Both the position numbers and the translations under genes were made by a program. A stretch of DNA of 64,000 nt, taken from assembly GCA_037129835.1 (NCBI GenBank), contig JBAXUE010000001.1, forward strand, positions 90,085 through 154,084. Reading direction: 5' to 3'. This DNA comes from a bacterium (GTDB lineage: Bacteria > Patescibacteriota > CPR2 > UBA1875 > CAIMLA01). Positions 27,111-36,849 of the stretch are shown here, piece by piece. Positions within the stretch are counted from its first letter, which is position 1. Each line of letters starts with the position of its first letter. The notes beneath the pieces were generated by a model. That model saw only the letters and a list, made by a program, of their open reading frames with translations, made no database searches and was not told the origin of the DNA.

Positions 27111-28043
27111 ATGGTAAAAATTTTACACAACGCCTTTATATATATTAATAAAAATCGCTACTATATAGTCCCTAGTGTTTTGATTATTTTCGGAGTTATG
27201 ATGTTGGCTATATTCGGTTTTGGTCAAAATCAGGTCAAAAAAACCATTGTAGATAGAAAGTTTGCTGAGAGAATAATGCAAGCTGGAGAGCGAGATCAGC
27301 CCAAGATACCACCCATGCCCAAAGGAGAACAAAGAAATTATTTAGCTATTAATAATAAGCTTGTTCCTATTTTGATGTATCATCATATCAGGGAATATAC
27401 GGGCGATAATAAAATAGAGGCAGGCCTTAGTACTAGTCCAGCACTTTTTTCAGAACAGCTAGATTGGCTTAAAGAAAAAGGTTTTCATACTATTACTTTT
27501 TCGGACCTTTTTACTGGAAAAGTAGAAGATAAATCAATAATACTTACTTTTGATGACGGCTATCGAGATAACTATGAAGTGGCTTACAAAAAATTAAAAG
27601 AAAATGGGCAAAAAGGAGATTTTTTTGTTTTTACAGGTGCAATAGGCGCTTCAGAAGCTTTTTTGACAAAAGATATGATAAAAGAAATGTCAGATTATGG
27701 GATGGAGTTTGGATCTCATACTATTAATCATGTTGATATGTCTGTTGCAGATAAGGAAACGCTGGCCACCCAATTAAGTGGAAGTAAATCCGTGTTAGAA
27801 GGAATAACTGGCAAGAAAGTAGAATTCTTATGCTATCCCAGTGGCAAATATAATGCTTTGGCAGAAGCTGAGGCTAAGGCAGCGGGTTATAAGGCCGCAG
27901 TAACAACTAGGCCATATGCTGACAGTTCGAATCTGTACGAAATTCCTAGAATCAGAATGAATCCAGGAACTCCCACAGAAGGTCTCTCATTATCCATCAG
28001 GGGATATCTCTTATCGTCAGATAGATATAGCTGGACTTTTTAG
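27111..28043 (+). CDS. polysaccharide deacetylase (NodB-homology domain), N-terminal TM
   Basis: LTFDDGYRDNY (TFDDG motif), HTINH His motif. Confidence 0.8.
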   Translation: MVKILHNAFIYINKNRYYIVPSVLIIFGVMMLAIFGFGQNQVKKTIVDRKFAERIMQAGERDQPKIPPMPKGEQRNYLAINNKLVPILMYHHIREYTGDNKIEAGLSTSPALFSEQLDWLKEKGFHTITFSDLFTGKVEDKSIILTFDDGYRDNYEVAYKKLKENGQKGDFFVFTGAIGASEAFLTKDMIKEMSDYGMEFGSHTINHVDMSVADKETLATQLSGSKSVLEGITGKKVEFLCYPSGKYNALAEAEAKAAGYKAAVTTRPYADSSNLYEIPRIRMNPGTPTEGLSLSIRGYLLSSDRYSWTF

Positions 28044-28099
28044 AGGTTTTAAGATAATGGCTAGGGTGTTAAGATAATAGTCAAAGGATTAGGATAGAA

Positions 28100-29854
28100 A
28101 TGGCGATAAAAACCAAAAAGATTAGATCCCCGCGGAATCTTAACGAATTGTTCTGGGAAAGCGTTCAGAATTTTCCAGATAATGAGGCTTTGTGTTTTCT
28201 CAAGGGTCATCATTACGAAAGTTTAAGTTATAGAGAATTATCTCAAGAAGCAATAAGCCTTGCATGCGGCCTAGAAAACCTCGGCTTCAAAAGTGGCGAT
28301 GCTGCTGTTATTTTTTCTGAAAACCGACCCGAGTGGCCTATCTGTGACATTGCCTTTAATATGTTGGGGGTAATTAACGTCCCAATACATAGTGTCCTTT
28401 CAGCTTCACAGTTAGCTCATATCCTAGATGAAATAAAGCCAAAGGCAATATTTTTTTCAAATATTAATATTGAAACAAAACTACTCGATATATCAGAACA
28501 GATAAGTAAGATTGATTATTTATTTTCTTTTGAAGATATAGGAGAAAATGGCTTTAATAAATTAAATTATTTTAAATCCTTTATAAGGAAGCAGGCCCCT
28601 AGTGAACTGAAGAGTAAGCAGATTGTTGAAAATGGTTTGTCTATTAGTCCAGATCAAGTGTGTAGTATTATTTATACTTCGGGCACAACTGGTCATATGA
28701 AGGGCGTTAAGTTAACTCATAGAAATTTTGTATTTGACACTTTGGCGTTAATGAAATGGGTAGATGTACGCCCTACAGATAAATTCTTCTCAATATTGCC
28801 ATTGTCTCATGTTCTAGAAAGAACGGTTGGATATTATGTTGCTATTTATTCTGGTTCGAGCGTCGGATATTCTATTGATCTCGCGAAAGTTTCTGAGGAA
28901 TTAAGGGCGAGAAAACCCAATATCGTGATCGCAGTTCCTAGATTATTCGAAAAGATATATGAAAAAGTAATAGTAAAAATAAATAATAATTTTTTCGTAA
29001 AAAATCTATTTCACTATGCATTCAGGGTAAAAAAAGCTGGTAGAAGTAAGGTATTAATCTCATTTTTTGATAAGCTTCTTTTTTCAAAAATTAGAGATAA
29101 CTTTGGTGGAGAAGTAAGGTTTTTTGTCTCAGGCGGAGCGGCTTTGTCACCCAAGATAGCTGACTTTTTTGATACTATTGGGTTACCCATATTAGAAGGA
29201 TATGGCCTGACTGAGACTGCCCCGGTTATTTCAACTAACCGTTTAGAGGATTATAAGTTTGGAACCGTTGGTCCAGTCCTTGAAGGCTTAGAGGTAGAAA
29301 TACGCGAAGGTGGTGAAATCTGTGTCAAAGGACCCAATGTCTCGCCAGGATACGTTAGGAAAACCGATAATAAGGATGTTTTTAAGGATGGTTGGTTTTA
29401 TACTGGGGATCTAGGGAATTTTGATCGTCATGGATTTTTAATTATTACTGGGCGAAAGAAAGACTTGATAGTTCTTTCTACTGGCAAAAAAGTCGCACCC
29501 GGAATTATAGAAGAGCGTTTAAGCGAAAGTATATTTATTGATCAGTCCTATGTATTTGGGGAAGGAAGAAAACATATTGGGGCTATTATAGTTCCTAACT
29601 TTGAGGCCTTAAAGGAAATATTTGGTAGCGAAGGCACTGCTAAATTGATAACAAACCCTCGAGTAAATGAGTTGCTGGCTAATGAATTAATGAGACTAAC
29701 AAATCATCTTGCTTCATATGAAAAAATCCAAAAATTTATCCTAATAAAAAAGCCATTTACTATAGAAAGTGGAGAGTTAACACCAAAACTATCATTGCGT
29801 AGACACGTGATATATTCTACCTACTTAGATTATATAGAGAAAATATACCAATAA
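28100..29854 (+). CDS. AMP-dependent synthetase/ligase (long-chain acyl-CoA synthetase-like)
   Basis: YTSGTTGHMKGV AMP-binding motif, YTGDLG, GRKKDLI. Confidence 0.8.
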   Translation: MAIKTKKIRSPRNLNELFWESVQNFPDNEALCFLKGHHYESLSYRELSQEAISLACGLENLGFKSGDAAVIFSENRPEWPICDIAFNMLGVINVPIHSVLSASQLAHILDEIKPKAIFFSNINIETKLLDISEQISKIDYLFSFEDIGENGFNKLNYFKSFIRKQAPSELKSKQIVENGLSISPDQVCSIIYTSGTTGHMKGVKLTHRNFVFDTLALMKWVDVRPTDKFFSILPLSHVLERTVGYYVAIYSGSSVGYSIDLAKVSEELRARKPNIVIAVPRLFEKIYEKVIVKINNNFFVKNLFHYAFRVKKAGRSKVLISFFDKLLFSKIRDNFGGEVRFFVSGGAALSPKIADFFDTIGLPILEGYGLTETAPVISTNRLEDYKFGTVGPVLEGLEVEIREGGEICVKGPNVSPGYVRKTDNKDVFKDGWFYTGDLGNFDRHGFLIITGRKKDLIVLSTGKKVAPGIIEERLSESIFIDQSYVFGEGRKHIGAIIVPNFEALKEIFGSEGTAKLITNPRVNELLANELMRLTNHLASYEKIQKFILIKKPFTIESGELTPKLSLRRHVIYSTYLDYIEKIYQ

Positions 29855-29896
29855 GGGTATGCAATTTTTTCTTAAAGAAGCTATAATATTTAGTAT

Positions 29897-32656
29897 GTGG
29901 GAGGGTCTATGAGTCCTGATAAAGTTGAAACCGGTGAATCTACCAAAGAAACTAACAAGGGGAAAAAGGCGGAGTGGGAAGTCGATACAATAAATTCTGC
30001 TCTAGAAACAGCGCTCAAAACAGGAGACGAGGAATTAATCAAAGCGGCCCGAGCTTCTCTTGAGGGGGCTCAGGACGGTAGGATGGATCGTCAAGACGAT
30101 TTTATCTCTCCAGAAGTAAAGACAACTATCAAGAGAGGAGGTTCATCTCTAGAGACGGTTGTTCCTTTTGCAGAAAATAAAGACGGTGAAACATTTACTA
30201 CGTTTGATGCTGCTGTAGATAAGCACAAAGGGGGGGAAGCGGTCAAGGAGGCTGCTACCAAACTTCAAGAGAAGAGAACATTGGGTACTCTAGAAGCAGA
30301 TGATGTTGATCTCAAGACGGTTTTGGATTTTCTTGCGGCCGCTAAAGCCGAGGAAGCGAAAGAAGTTGTATTACAAGCCGTAAAACAGGCTGAATATAAG
30401 GCTATTGCCAATACTTTTGAGATGTATGTTGCTGAAGGCGAAACAGTTAAAGATAAAGAAAACCTTCAGTATTTAGTTAATTATCTAAGTGATGGTTTAA
30501 ATGAGTCAGAGTTTTCCAAAGATCGTTTAGAGTCAGCAACAGTTTCTTTGAGTAAGTTGATTCAATCAGCCAGATCTGGAAAGTCTGTCGGTGTGGCTGG
30601 AAACCCCCTTGAAACCGAACATAATTCAGCAAAAGAATCGATTGCCGTACACGCGCAAGCTTTTTATGAAAAAATAAGTGAAAAGATGTCAACCGAAGAC
30701 AATAAGCGCGCAATTGATAATAACAATGATATGGAAGGGCTTATGCTGAAGCTTGAAGAGTGGAAATCTGAAGCAAGAGAAACTAAACTAGAAGCTGAAG
30801 CCAAGAGCGGAGAAGAGAAATTAGAAGAAATATCCAAGGCACAAGATGAGCTAAAAGCCATTGTTGCAGAACAAGGCAAAGCACTTTTAGAAGTTGAAAC
30901 TGCTTTGGCAATAATTGAAGGTAAATATGACGAGCAAGGCAAGGCACTCCAAGAGGCTGAAGCTGCCCTGGCAGCGCTAGAAGGTAAAAATAACGAACCG
31001 GCTGACGAAAAGGCACTAAATAATGGTGAGAATGTTCAAAAATTGGAAGGACAATCCGAAAAGTTTACTTTAGATAAAATACATAAATTTTTGGAAGACA
31101 ATTTAGACAAAGAAGATATTCAGGAGCTATATAAGAAACTCTACAGCATTGGCTATAATCGCGATGAAATAGTGGACAGTAATATTGAGAATTACTTTAG
31201 TGATAATGCGTCTATTCAGATGGAAAGTCTTGAGGCAAAGTTAATTTCAGCAAACTATACACCAGAAGAGATTAGCCGTGCCAAAGAAAAGTTACGAGTT
31301 GGCGGTATTGATATGGGTGAGCCTAATCCGACTCCGGTTGATGGTGGCGTAGAAACCGAGCAAAATTCTGCAGATCCTCTTGAGGCACCCATAAGTCAAG
31401 ATCAACAAGCAGGGGAACTTCTTGATGGAGACGCAGACGTTGTTGGCGAAGAAATAAGAGATTTGGAACAACCTGACGGTAACGCAGAAACTGAGCAACA
31501 TTCTGTGGAACCACTTGAGTCAAACATGAATCAAGACCAACGGGTTGAGGAACTTCTTGATGGAGAAACAGATGGCGTTGGTGAAGAAATAAGCGTTTTA
31601 GAACAACTTGGGCTTACGGAATTACCAGATTTCCAGGAGGTTAAAGATGCAAAAGAAGCATACCTAAAAGCTTTGATAACGAGGCAAAAATGGCGAGGAA
31701 GAACCAGTGCAGAGAATACACGTGAGCTAAGAGCAAATTATCTAGAGGTGTTTACTAATTTCTTGCAAAGAAATATTGGAGATGTTGCCCAAAATGAGCT
31801 CCAGAGCTTAACAGGACAACAGAGAGCTGAGAAGATTAGAGAAATATCACATACTTTGTCACAAGTTCTAGTTGAGGAAGTTTATAATCTATCGAATACT
31901 GAAAGCGAATTGTGCAATGAGGGCGCAGGCAACAAAATAGTAAATTTTGTTAGAAGACATCCGTTTTTGAGAATGGCAATTAGTGGTGCTTTAGTAGTAG
32001 GTAATGCTGGTCTGACCGCCGCTGCTCTTTCCAATCCAGCACTTTTTTGGGCGCTCCCAGTACTCTTAACTTCAAATGTCGCTTTGCAGTCTGCTTCTAT
32101 GGAGGGTGCTTTTGAAGGCATTGGAATTGGGTATAGCAAAAGAGATATCGCCCAGAAACGCTTTGCGGAGATCAAATCTCGCATAGCTGAATCTCGCTTA
32201 GGTCAATCTCGTCTAGGAAAAATATTTGGCGTAAAAGAAAAAGGATCTATAAGGGATATACCTGAAGATGAGCTAGAAAAGTTGACTTCGCCTCAGATAA
32301 ATAAACGCTTCGCAGCAATCCAATCCCATCTAGTGCGCACGGGTGAATCTATCGATAAAGCCGGTGCTAGAGAAAAGGAGCTCTTTAAACAACTTCAGAT
32401 TGCTATGGCCGAAGATATTCAGAAAAGTATCGAAGGACAGCTGAAACGCAACGAAGCGGTATCCGATGTTATAATACAAGAGCTTATTACGAAGCCATAT
32501 CGAGAAACTTTACGTGAGTTTGAGTTTGGGCATGAAAAATTAAGAAGAGCTTCCCTCAGAAGATGGGCTGGAACATTGAGTTCACCGGGCGCAATAGCGG
32601 CATTGATTTCTTGGAAGTATGAGCCAAAGGAACCAACCCCTGAAAGTAATAGATAA
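29897..32656 (+). CDS. large (919 aa) acidic coiled-coil protein with internal tandem repeats and C-terminal hydrophobic segments
   Basis: Two ~45-aa repeats (ETEQNSADPLEAPISQDQQAGELLDGDADVVGEEIRDLEQ / ETEQHSVEPLESNMNQDQRVEELLDGETDGVGEEISVLEQ); heptad-rich; no enzymatic motif. Confidence 0.5.
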   Translation: MGGSMSPDKVETGESTKETNKGKKAEWEVDTINSALETALKTGDEELIKAARASLEGAQDGRMDRQDDFISPEVKTTIKRGGSSLETVVPFAENKDGETFTTFDAAVDKHKGGEAVKEAATKLQEKRTLGTLEADDVDLKTVLDFLAAAKAEEAKEVVLQAVKQAEYKAIANTFEMYVAEGETVKDKENLQYLVNYLSDGLNESEFSKDRLESATVSLSKLIQSARSGKSVGVAGNPLETEHNSAKESIAVHAQAFYEKISEKMSTEDNKRAIDNNNDMEGLMLKLEEWKSEARETKLEAEAKSGEEKLEEISKAQDELKAIVAEQGKALLEVETALAIIEGKYDEQGKALQEAEAALAALEGKNNEPADEKALNNGENVQKLEGQSEKFTLDKIHKFLEDNLDKEDIQELYKKLYSIGYNRDEIVDSNIENYFSDNASIQMESLEAKLISANYTPEEISRAKEKLRVGGIDMGEPNPTPVDGGVETEQNSADPLEAPISQDQQAGELLDGDADVVGEEIRDLEQPDGNAETEQHSVEPLESNMNQDQRVEELLDGETDGVGEEISVLEQLGLTELPDFQEVKDAKEAYLKALITRQKWRGRTSAENTRELRANYLEVFTNFLQRNIGDVAQNELQSLTGQQRAEKIREISHTLSQVLVEEVYNLSNTESELCNEGAGNKIVNFVRRHPFLRMAISGALVVGNAGLTAAALSNPALFWALPVLLTSNVALQSASMEGAFEGIGIGYSKRDIAQKRFAEIKSRIAESRLGQSRLGKIFGVKEKGSIRDIPEDELEKLTSPQINKRFAAIQSHLVRTGESIDKAGAREKELFKQLQIAMAEDIQKSIEGQLKRNEAVSDVIIQELITKPYRETLREFEFGHEKLRRASLRRWAGTLSSPGAIAALISWKYEPKEPTPESNR
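31352..31621 (+). repeat. imperfect ~135-bp tandem duplication inside the 919-aa ORF
   Basis: DNA and protein repeat read directly. Confidence 0.6.
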
Positions 32657-32681
32657 TAAATAAACTAAATTGGAGGGAATT

Positions 32682-33014
32682 ATGCCATCAAATATTGAGA
32701 TAATACAGGATTTAAAATTAGCTGATCTCCCAGAAGAAGAACAAAATAAAGTTCTGGCTCAGATTGCAGAAACTATACAGAATAGAATAGCTATTCGCGT
32801 AGATGGAATATTAACCGATCAACAGAAGATTGAGTATGACGGGCTAATTACCGCTGGCAACCAAGATGAGTCGGACAAATATCTTGACGAAAAGATCCCT
32901 AATTTAAGCGATATGGTTGCCGAAGAGTACACCTCACTTCGTAAGGAGCTCATAGAAAGAAACGAAATTATACTTGCTGCAATAGATAAAGCGACTAAAA
33001 AACTAGATAGCTAG
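32682..33014 (+). CDS. hypothetical acidic protein (110 aa)
   Basis: Start at ATG 32682 with SD TGGAGGG. Confidence 0.4.
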   Translation: MPSNIEIIQDLKLADLPEEEQNKVLAQIAETIQNRIAIRVDGILTDQQKIEYDGLITAGNQDESDKYLDEKIPNLSDMVAEEYTSLRKELIERNEIILAAIDKATKKLDS

Positions 33015-33045
33015 CAGTCCTAGAGCTCCGGCCAGGCACAACCTT

Positions 33046-33098
33046 GTTAACGTTGACAACTATTGTTAACAAGTGTTAACATAAAAAAAGAGGTTAAC
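33046..33098 (+). promoter_or_regulatory. promoter (TTGACA 33053-33058, -10 TAACAT) overlapped by four GTTAAC hexamers (33046, 33065, 33075, 33093); putative autoregulatory operator
   Basis: Read directly; last GTTAAC abuts the start codon, RBS AAAGAGG. Confidence 0.5.
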
Positions 33099-33350
33099 AT
33101 GACAAATAGTTATATTAGTACTACGCAGGCGGCAAAAATTCTTGGTATTAGTAGAATTGCAGTATTTAATCAAATAAAAAGTGGTAAAATACCAGCTCAA
33201 AAGGTGGGAAGAAACTATGTTATTAACCGTAAGGATATTGGCGGCATATTTCGGACTATTACCGCAAACGATAAGAGGAAGATCAATAAAGCGGTAGGCA
33301 AGGTACTTAAAGATTATTCATCAGCATTAAAGAAGCTGGGCAAAGAGTGA
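33099..33350 (+). CDS. excisionase/AlpA-family (MerR-superfamily) HTH DNA-binding protein; putative antitoxin
   Basis: ISTTQAAKILGISRIAVFNQIKSGKIPAQKVGRNYVI matches excisionase-family HTH (TIGR01764-like); stop overlaps Doc start (TGATG). Confidence 0.65.
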   Translation: MTNSYISTTQAAKILGISRIAVFNQIKSGKIPAQKVGRNYVINRKDIGGIFRTITANDKRKINKAVGKVLKDYSSALKKLGKE

Positions 33351-33766
33351 TGAAGGCGATAACCGTCGCAGAGGTGGAATATCTAGCTTATGAGCTCGCC
33401 GAGAAACAGATGGCGTGGAATGAGCCGATCCCAGATTTTGGTACTAGATATGTTGGCAAACTGGAAAGCTGTTTATCCGCGGGTTTTCAGACTTATGCGA
33501 AGAAAGAGTTATATCCAGGTTTATTGGACAAGGTCTCTATTATTTTTTACCTGATGATCAAAAATCATCCCTTTATGAACGGAAATAAACGTATCGCGAT
33601 AGCTACTATACTGACTTTTCTATATATAAATGAGAAATGGCTTGATGTCAGCAACGATGAGCTTTATCACTTTGCTATATGGGTGGCTGCCAGCAACCCG
33701 AGGCTTAAAGATGGTGTCGTCCTTGCTATCCATAGTTTTATCAAAAGCGGAATGATAGATTTATAG
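33350..33766 (+). CDS. doc: Doc/Fic-family toxin (death-on-curing kinase-like)
   Basis: HPFMNGNKRIAIA = Doc variant of the Fic motif HxFx(D/N)GNKR. Confidence 0.75.
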   Translation: MKAITVAEVEYLAYELAEKQMAWNEPIPDFGTRYVGKLESCLSAGFQTYAKKELYPGLLDKVSIIFYLMIKNHPFMNGNKRIAIATILTFLYINEKWLDVSNDELYHFAIWVAASNPRLKDGVVLAIHSFIKSGMIDL

Positions 33767-33848
33767 AGCCGTAGAAATAAAACTATTGTAGAAAACTAAA
33801 AAGAGGAGTATATTTCTTGCCAATAGTAATTTTATAGATGGGGAATAA

Positions 33849-35126
33849 GTGGAAAGATTTAAAGACATTCCTGATTTGGCAAAGTGGAAGGCTCTGATAA
33901 TAGACTACGGTATCGAGCTAGCAGAAAAGAGTATATTTAATAACCTCCCAAATATTAACGACTACAAAATAAAATATAGAATTAAGCACCCTGAAGTAAA
34001 GGGCCTAAAAGTCACCGACAATTCCGGGGACATTTTTTTTATACCTGAAGAGATAATAATTTCAAAGAATGGAAAAAAATCTTTGGTAAAGCTGAATTAC
34101 CGGAAAAACTCACCTCTGGTATTAAGCATAGAGGATGGTAAAATCGTGCTCTTAGAAAAAGGTATAACGAAGGTATCAATAAGTATTGAATTAGTCAAAA
34201 AGAGAAAATATCAGTTTCACAAGATGCCGAAAGAACTTAATCCTTTAGAGCCGTCTCTTAAGGATTTTGTTCAAGTAATAGGATTAGACAGGATAGCTAT
34301 TATGGAATTTGAGGGTTGTTGGCATTGGAACACAGGAAATGCCTGTAAATTTTGTGATACAAATCCTAAAAGACCAGGAATAATAAGTGGAATGCCAAGC
34401 GTGAATACATTGTCAGATTATAATCTAAATGTCGATGATTGGTGGAATTCGGTAAAAGACAATTACTACCAGGGTATCGAATATACCTTTAAAAAGATTC
34501 TTCAAGAAGAAATAATATCACCCCATCAACACTTCCAGTTAATGTCCGGTAATTTGCCCAATACTAGGAAAATTTGGGAGATATCCGGAGAAATTGCGGA
34601 AGTTGTTAATAGGGTTAGGCCAATTAAACAATTTGATAGTTATCTAAATATCGCTGCCCCAAGAGAAGATCAGGAACAATGGCTAAGTAAGGCTAAGTAT
34701 GATTGGGGATTTAATAATATGGTTTTTAACCTGGAGGTTATCGGTAGGGATAGATTTAGAGAAGTTTGCCCTGGAAAATCTGCACTTATGGGATACGAAA
34801 ATACGATCAACTGTATGGAGATGTCTGTAAAAATTTTTGGCAGGGGCAATGTCAGAAGTAATTTTGTTCTAGGTGCACAGCCGGTCGATGAGCTACTAAG
34901 AGGCATTGAAGATTTGGCAGAAAAAGGAATTGTGGCGGATTATAGTATTTTTTCACCGAAAAAAGGAACTCCTTGGGAAGATAGAACATCTCCAGACATG
35001 GAAACAATAGTGAATTTCTCTCAAGAACTAGCGAAAATATATAAAAAGTATGGCTACAGCGGTATATATTGTAGCTTAAGCAGCCGCTCCAATATATTAC
35101 ATGAACTAATGGAATCTGAAGAGTAA
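33849..35126 (+). CDS. hypothetical protein with CX9CX2C motif (possible non-canonical [4Fe-4S]/radical-SAM-like enzyme)
   Basis: GCWHWNTGNACKFCDTNP; ...CxFCDT resembles QueE-type cluster loop, but overall family not recognised; GTG start. Confidence 0.4.
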   Translation: MERFKDIPDLAKWKALIIDYGIELAEKSIFNNLPNINDYKIKYRIKHPEVKGLKVTDNSGDIFFIPEEIIISKNGKKSLVKLNYRKNSPLVLSIEDGKIVLLEKGITKVSISIELVKKRKYQFHKMPKELNPLEPSLKDFVQVIGLDRIAIMEFEGCWHWNTGNACKFCDTNPKRPGIISGMPSVNTLSDYNLNVDDWWNSVKDNYYQGIEYTFKKILQEEIISPHQHFQLMSGNLPNTRKIWEISGEIAEVVNRVRPIKQFDSYLNIAAPREDQEQWLSKAKYDWGFNNMVFNLEVIGRDRFREVCPGKSALMGYENTINCMEMSVKIFGRGNVRSNFVLGAQPVDELLRGIEDLAEKGIVADYSIFSPKKGTPWEDRTSPDMETIVNFSQELAKIYKKYGYSGIYCSLSSRSNILHELMESEE

Positions 35127-35128
35127 AA

Positions 35129-36157
35129 ATGAAAGCATTAGAAACAAAATTAGCGGAATTGGTTATTTTTGATGATAGTCATCAAAGAGAAGAAGTATCC
35201 CTTATGACTTATAGCGTAGAGGAGCTATATGTCAGGATGAAGGATGGATGGACTTTTAAAAGACACCCAGAAGGTTTTATATTAAGAGCCCCAGAGGAGT
35301 GGTTTGTAGATCTTAGCGATCCTTATAAGGTTATTTACCATGCAAAAATAGAAGAGAATTTAGCATACTTTCTATTTATTAGAGATCTTATAAAAGACAA
35401 TAATTTTGAAAATTATCTACATACTATTCTTAAGAAGTATCATATTGGTAATTTTAGTTTTATTTTACTAAAGGGGCCTTCATTAAAAACAGAAGTTAGA
35501 TTGGCAGGGTCAGATAAAAGAATCAGTTTATTAAAAGATTACTCGTTTTTTGAATTTGAGCAAAATAATCTGTTTAATTGTTATGTAGAAAAGGCAAATA
35601 AAATTTTACGAAAAGATTTTAAGTTTAAATCCAAAAGAGTATCTATCTACGATCAACCAGTGGCGATAAGAGACTTCTTTTTTTCGCTTAAAGATCAGTT
35701 TTCACCATTAAACAATTTTCAAAAAGATACATTTAATAATGTTTTTTTTGAGGATTTATTTAAGGGCGTTCCAGAGGCAGATGTTTATCTGTTTATTCCT
35801 TATGGGTGTTTTAGATATATTTCTAGTTTTGTCGTAGCTCATAAAACTAGCAAAATTATGCTCTGGGAGCTACATACAGACAAACATTATTCTCAAACTA
35901 GTAAATACATGGCGAAGAATTTAAAGGGGAAAAATGTTTTGATCATAGATAATTCTTATACTGGCAAAACACTTACCATGATGGCAGACTTAGTAAAAAA
36001 GGAAGGCGGTAACCCTATTCGGTTAGCACTTTTCCCTAAAAGTGAATTGTCTATTCGAAATTCTGAGTATGTTTTGTTTGTTAATAAATTTTTTAGTTCG
36101 AAAGATATAAATTTGGTCGAGGATGATTGGTTTTTAGAAATGTATAAAAATTTGTAG
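35129..36157 (+). CDS. protein with C-terminal type-I phosphoribosyltransferase (PRPP-binding) domain
   Basis: VLIIDNSYTGKTLTMM = PRTase PRPP-binding loop; N-terminal ~230 aa unassigned. Confidence 0.55.
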   Translation: MKALETKLAELVIFDDSHQREEVSLMTYSVEELYVRMKDGWTFKRHPEGFILRAPEEWFVDLSDPYKVIYHAKIEENLAYFLFIRDLIKDNNFENYLHTILKKYHIGNFSFILLKGPSLKTEVRLAGSDKRISLLKDYSFFEFEQNNLFNCYVEKANKILRKDFKFKSKRVSIYDQPVAIRDFFFSLKDQFSPLNNFQKDTFNNVFFEDLFKGVPEADVYLFIPYGCFRYISSFVVAHKTSKIMLWELHTDKHYSQTSKYMAKNLKGKNVLIIDNSYTGKTLTMMADLVKKEGGNPIRLALFPKSELSIRNSEYVLFVNKFFSSKDINLVEDDWFLEMYKNL

Positions 36158-36165
36158 GAGGATTT

Positions 36166-36747
36166 ATGACAAAACCGGAAAAAAATATCGAAAAAGAAAT
36201 CAAAATAAAAGTCGAAAATATTGCCGAGATAGGTGAAATATTAAAACGGAAAAATGCCAAGTGTCTTGGTAAATCTTTTCAGAGGACAATTCGGTTTGAC
36301 ACTGAAGATTGTGATTTAGAAAAAAATAAAACATTTATTCGGGTCCGTTCTGGTTTTGGGAACGTAGTTACGTTGAAAAAGAAAACAAAAACAAATGAAA
36401 ATGTTTTTGAAAGAGTCGAGCTAGAAACAGAAGTGTCGGACATTGAAATTATGAGAAAAATTTTCCACAACCTGGGCTATACTCGTGAATTTATCATGGA
36501 AAAATATCGAACAAATTGGGAATATAATGATACTAAAATTTCCTTTGATGAAATGCCTTTTGGTTTGTATGTGGAAATTGAAGGCGAAGAAGCAGAAATA
36601 TTCGAAACTGCCGAAGAGCTTGGACTTGATTTGAGCAACAAAATCACAGTTACTTATTGGGATTTATTTGAAGATTACAAAAAAGAAACTGGAATCTCTG
36701 GCGAAAATATAGTTTTTTCAAAGGGGTACAAGTCTAAATCAAGCTAA
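36166..36747 (+). CDS. CYTH-domain (triphosphate tunnel metalloenzyme; CyaB/ThTPase-like) protein
   Basis: N-terminal EIEIKIKV (ExExK) hallmark and conserved acidic/basic pattern; RBS AGGAGG. Confidence 0.6.
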   Translation: MTKPEKNIEKEIKIKVENIAEIGEILKRKNAKCLGKSFQRTIRFDTEDCDLEKNKTFIRVRSGFGNVVTLKKKTKTNENVFERVELETEVSDIEIMRKIFHNLGYTREFIMEKYRTNWEYNDTKISFDEMPFGLYVEIEGEEAEIFETAEELGLDLSNKITVTYWDLFEDYKKETGISGENIVFSKGYKSKSS

Positions 36748-36849
36748 GAACTACATAGTTTGGTAACATAGACAGTATTTATATTATTTAAATTGCTGCT
36801 TCTTGGCAGTGCATCTTTACAACCATCCATCTCTTGAAAGGGGGCGGAA

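Noticed and set aside
30477-32184. Several minus-strand ORFs inside the 919-aa gene
   Set aside because: Leu/Ser-rich antisense translations of a Glu/Lys-rich coiled-coil gene; no independent signals.
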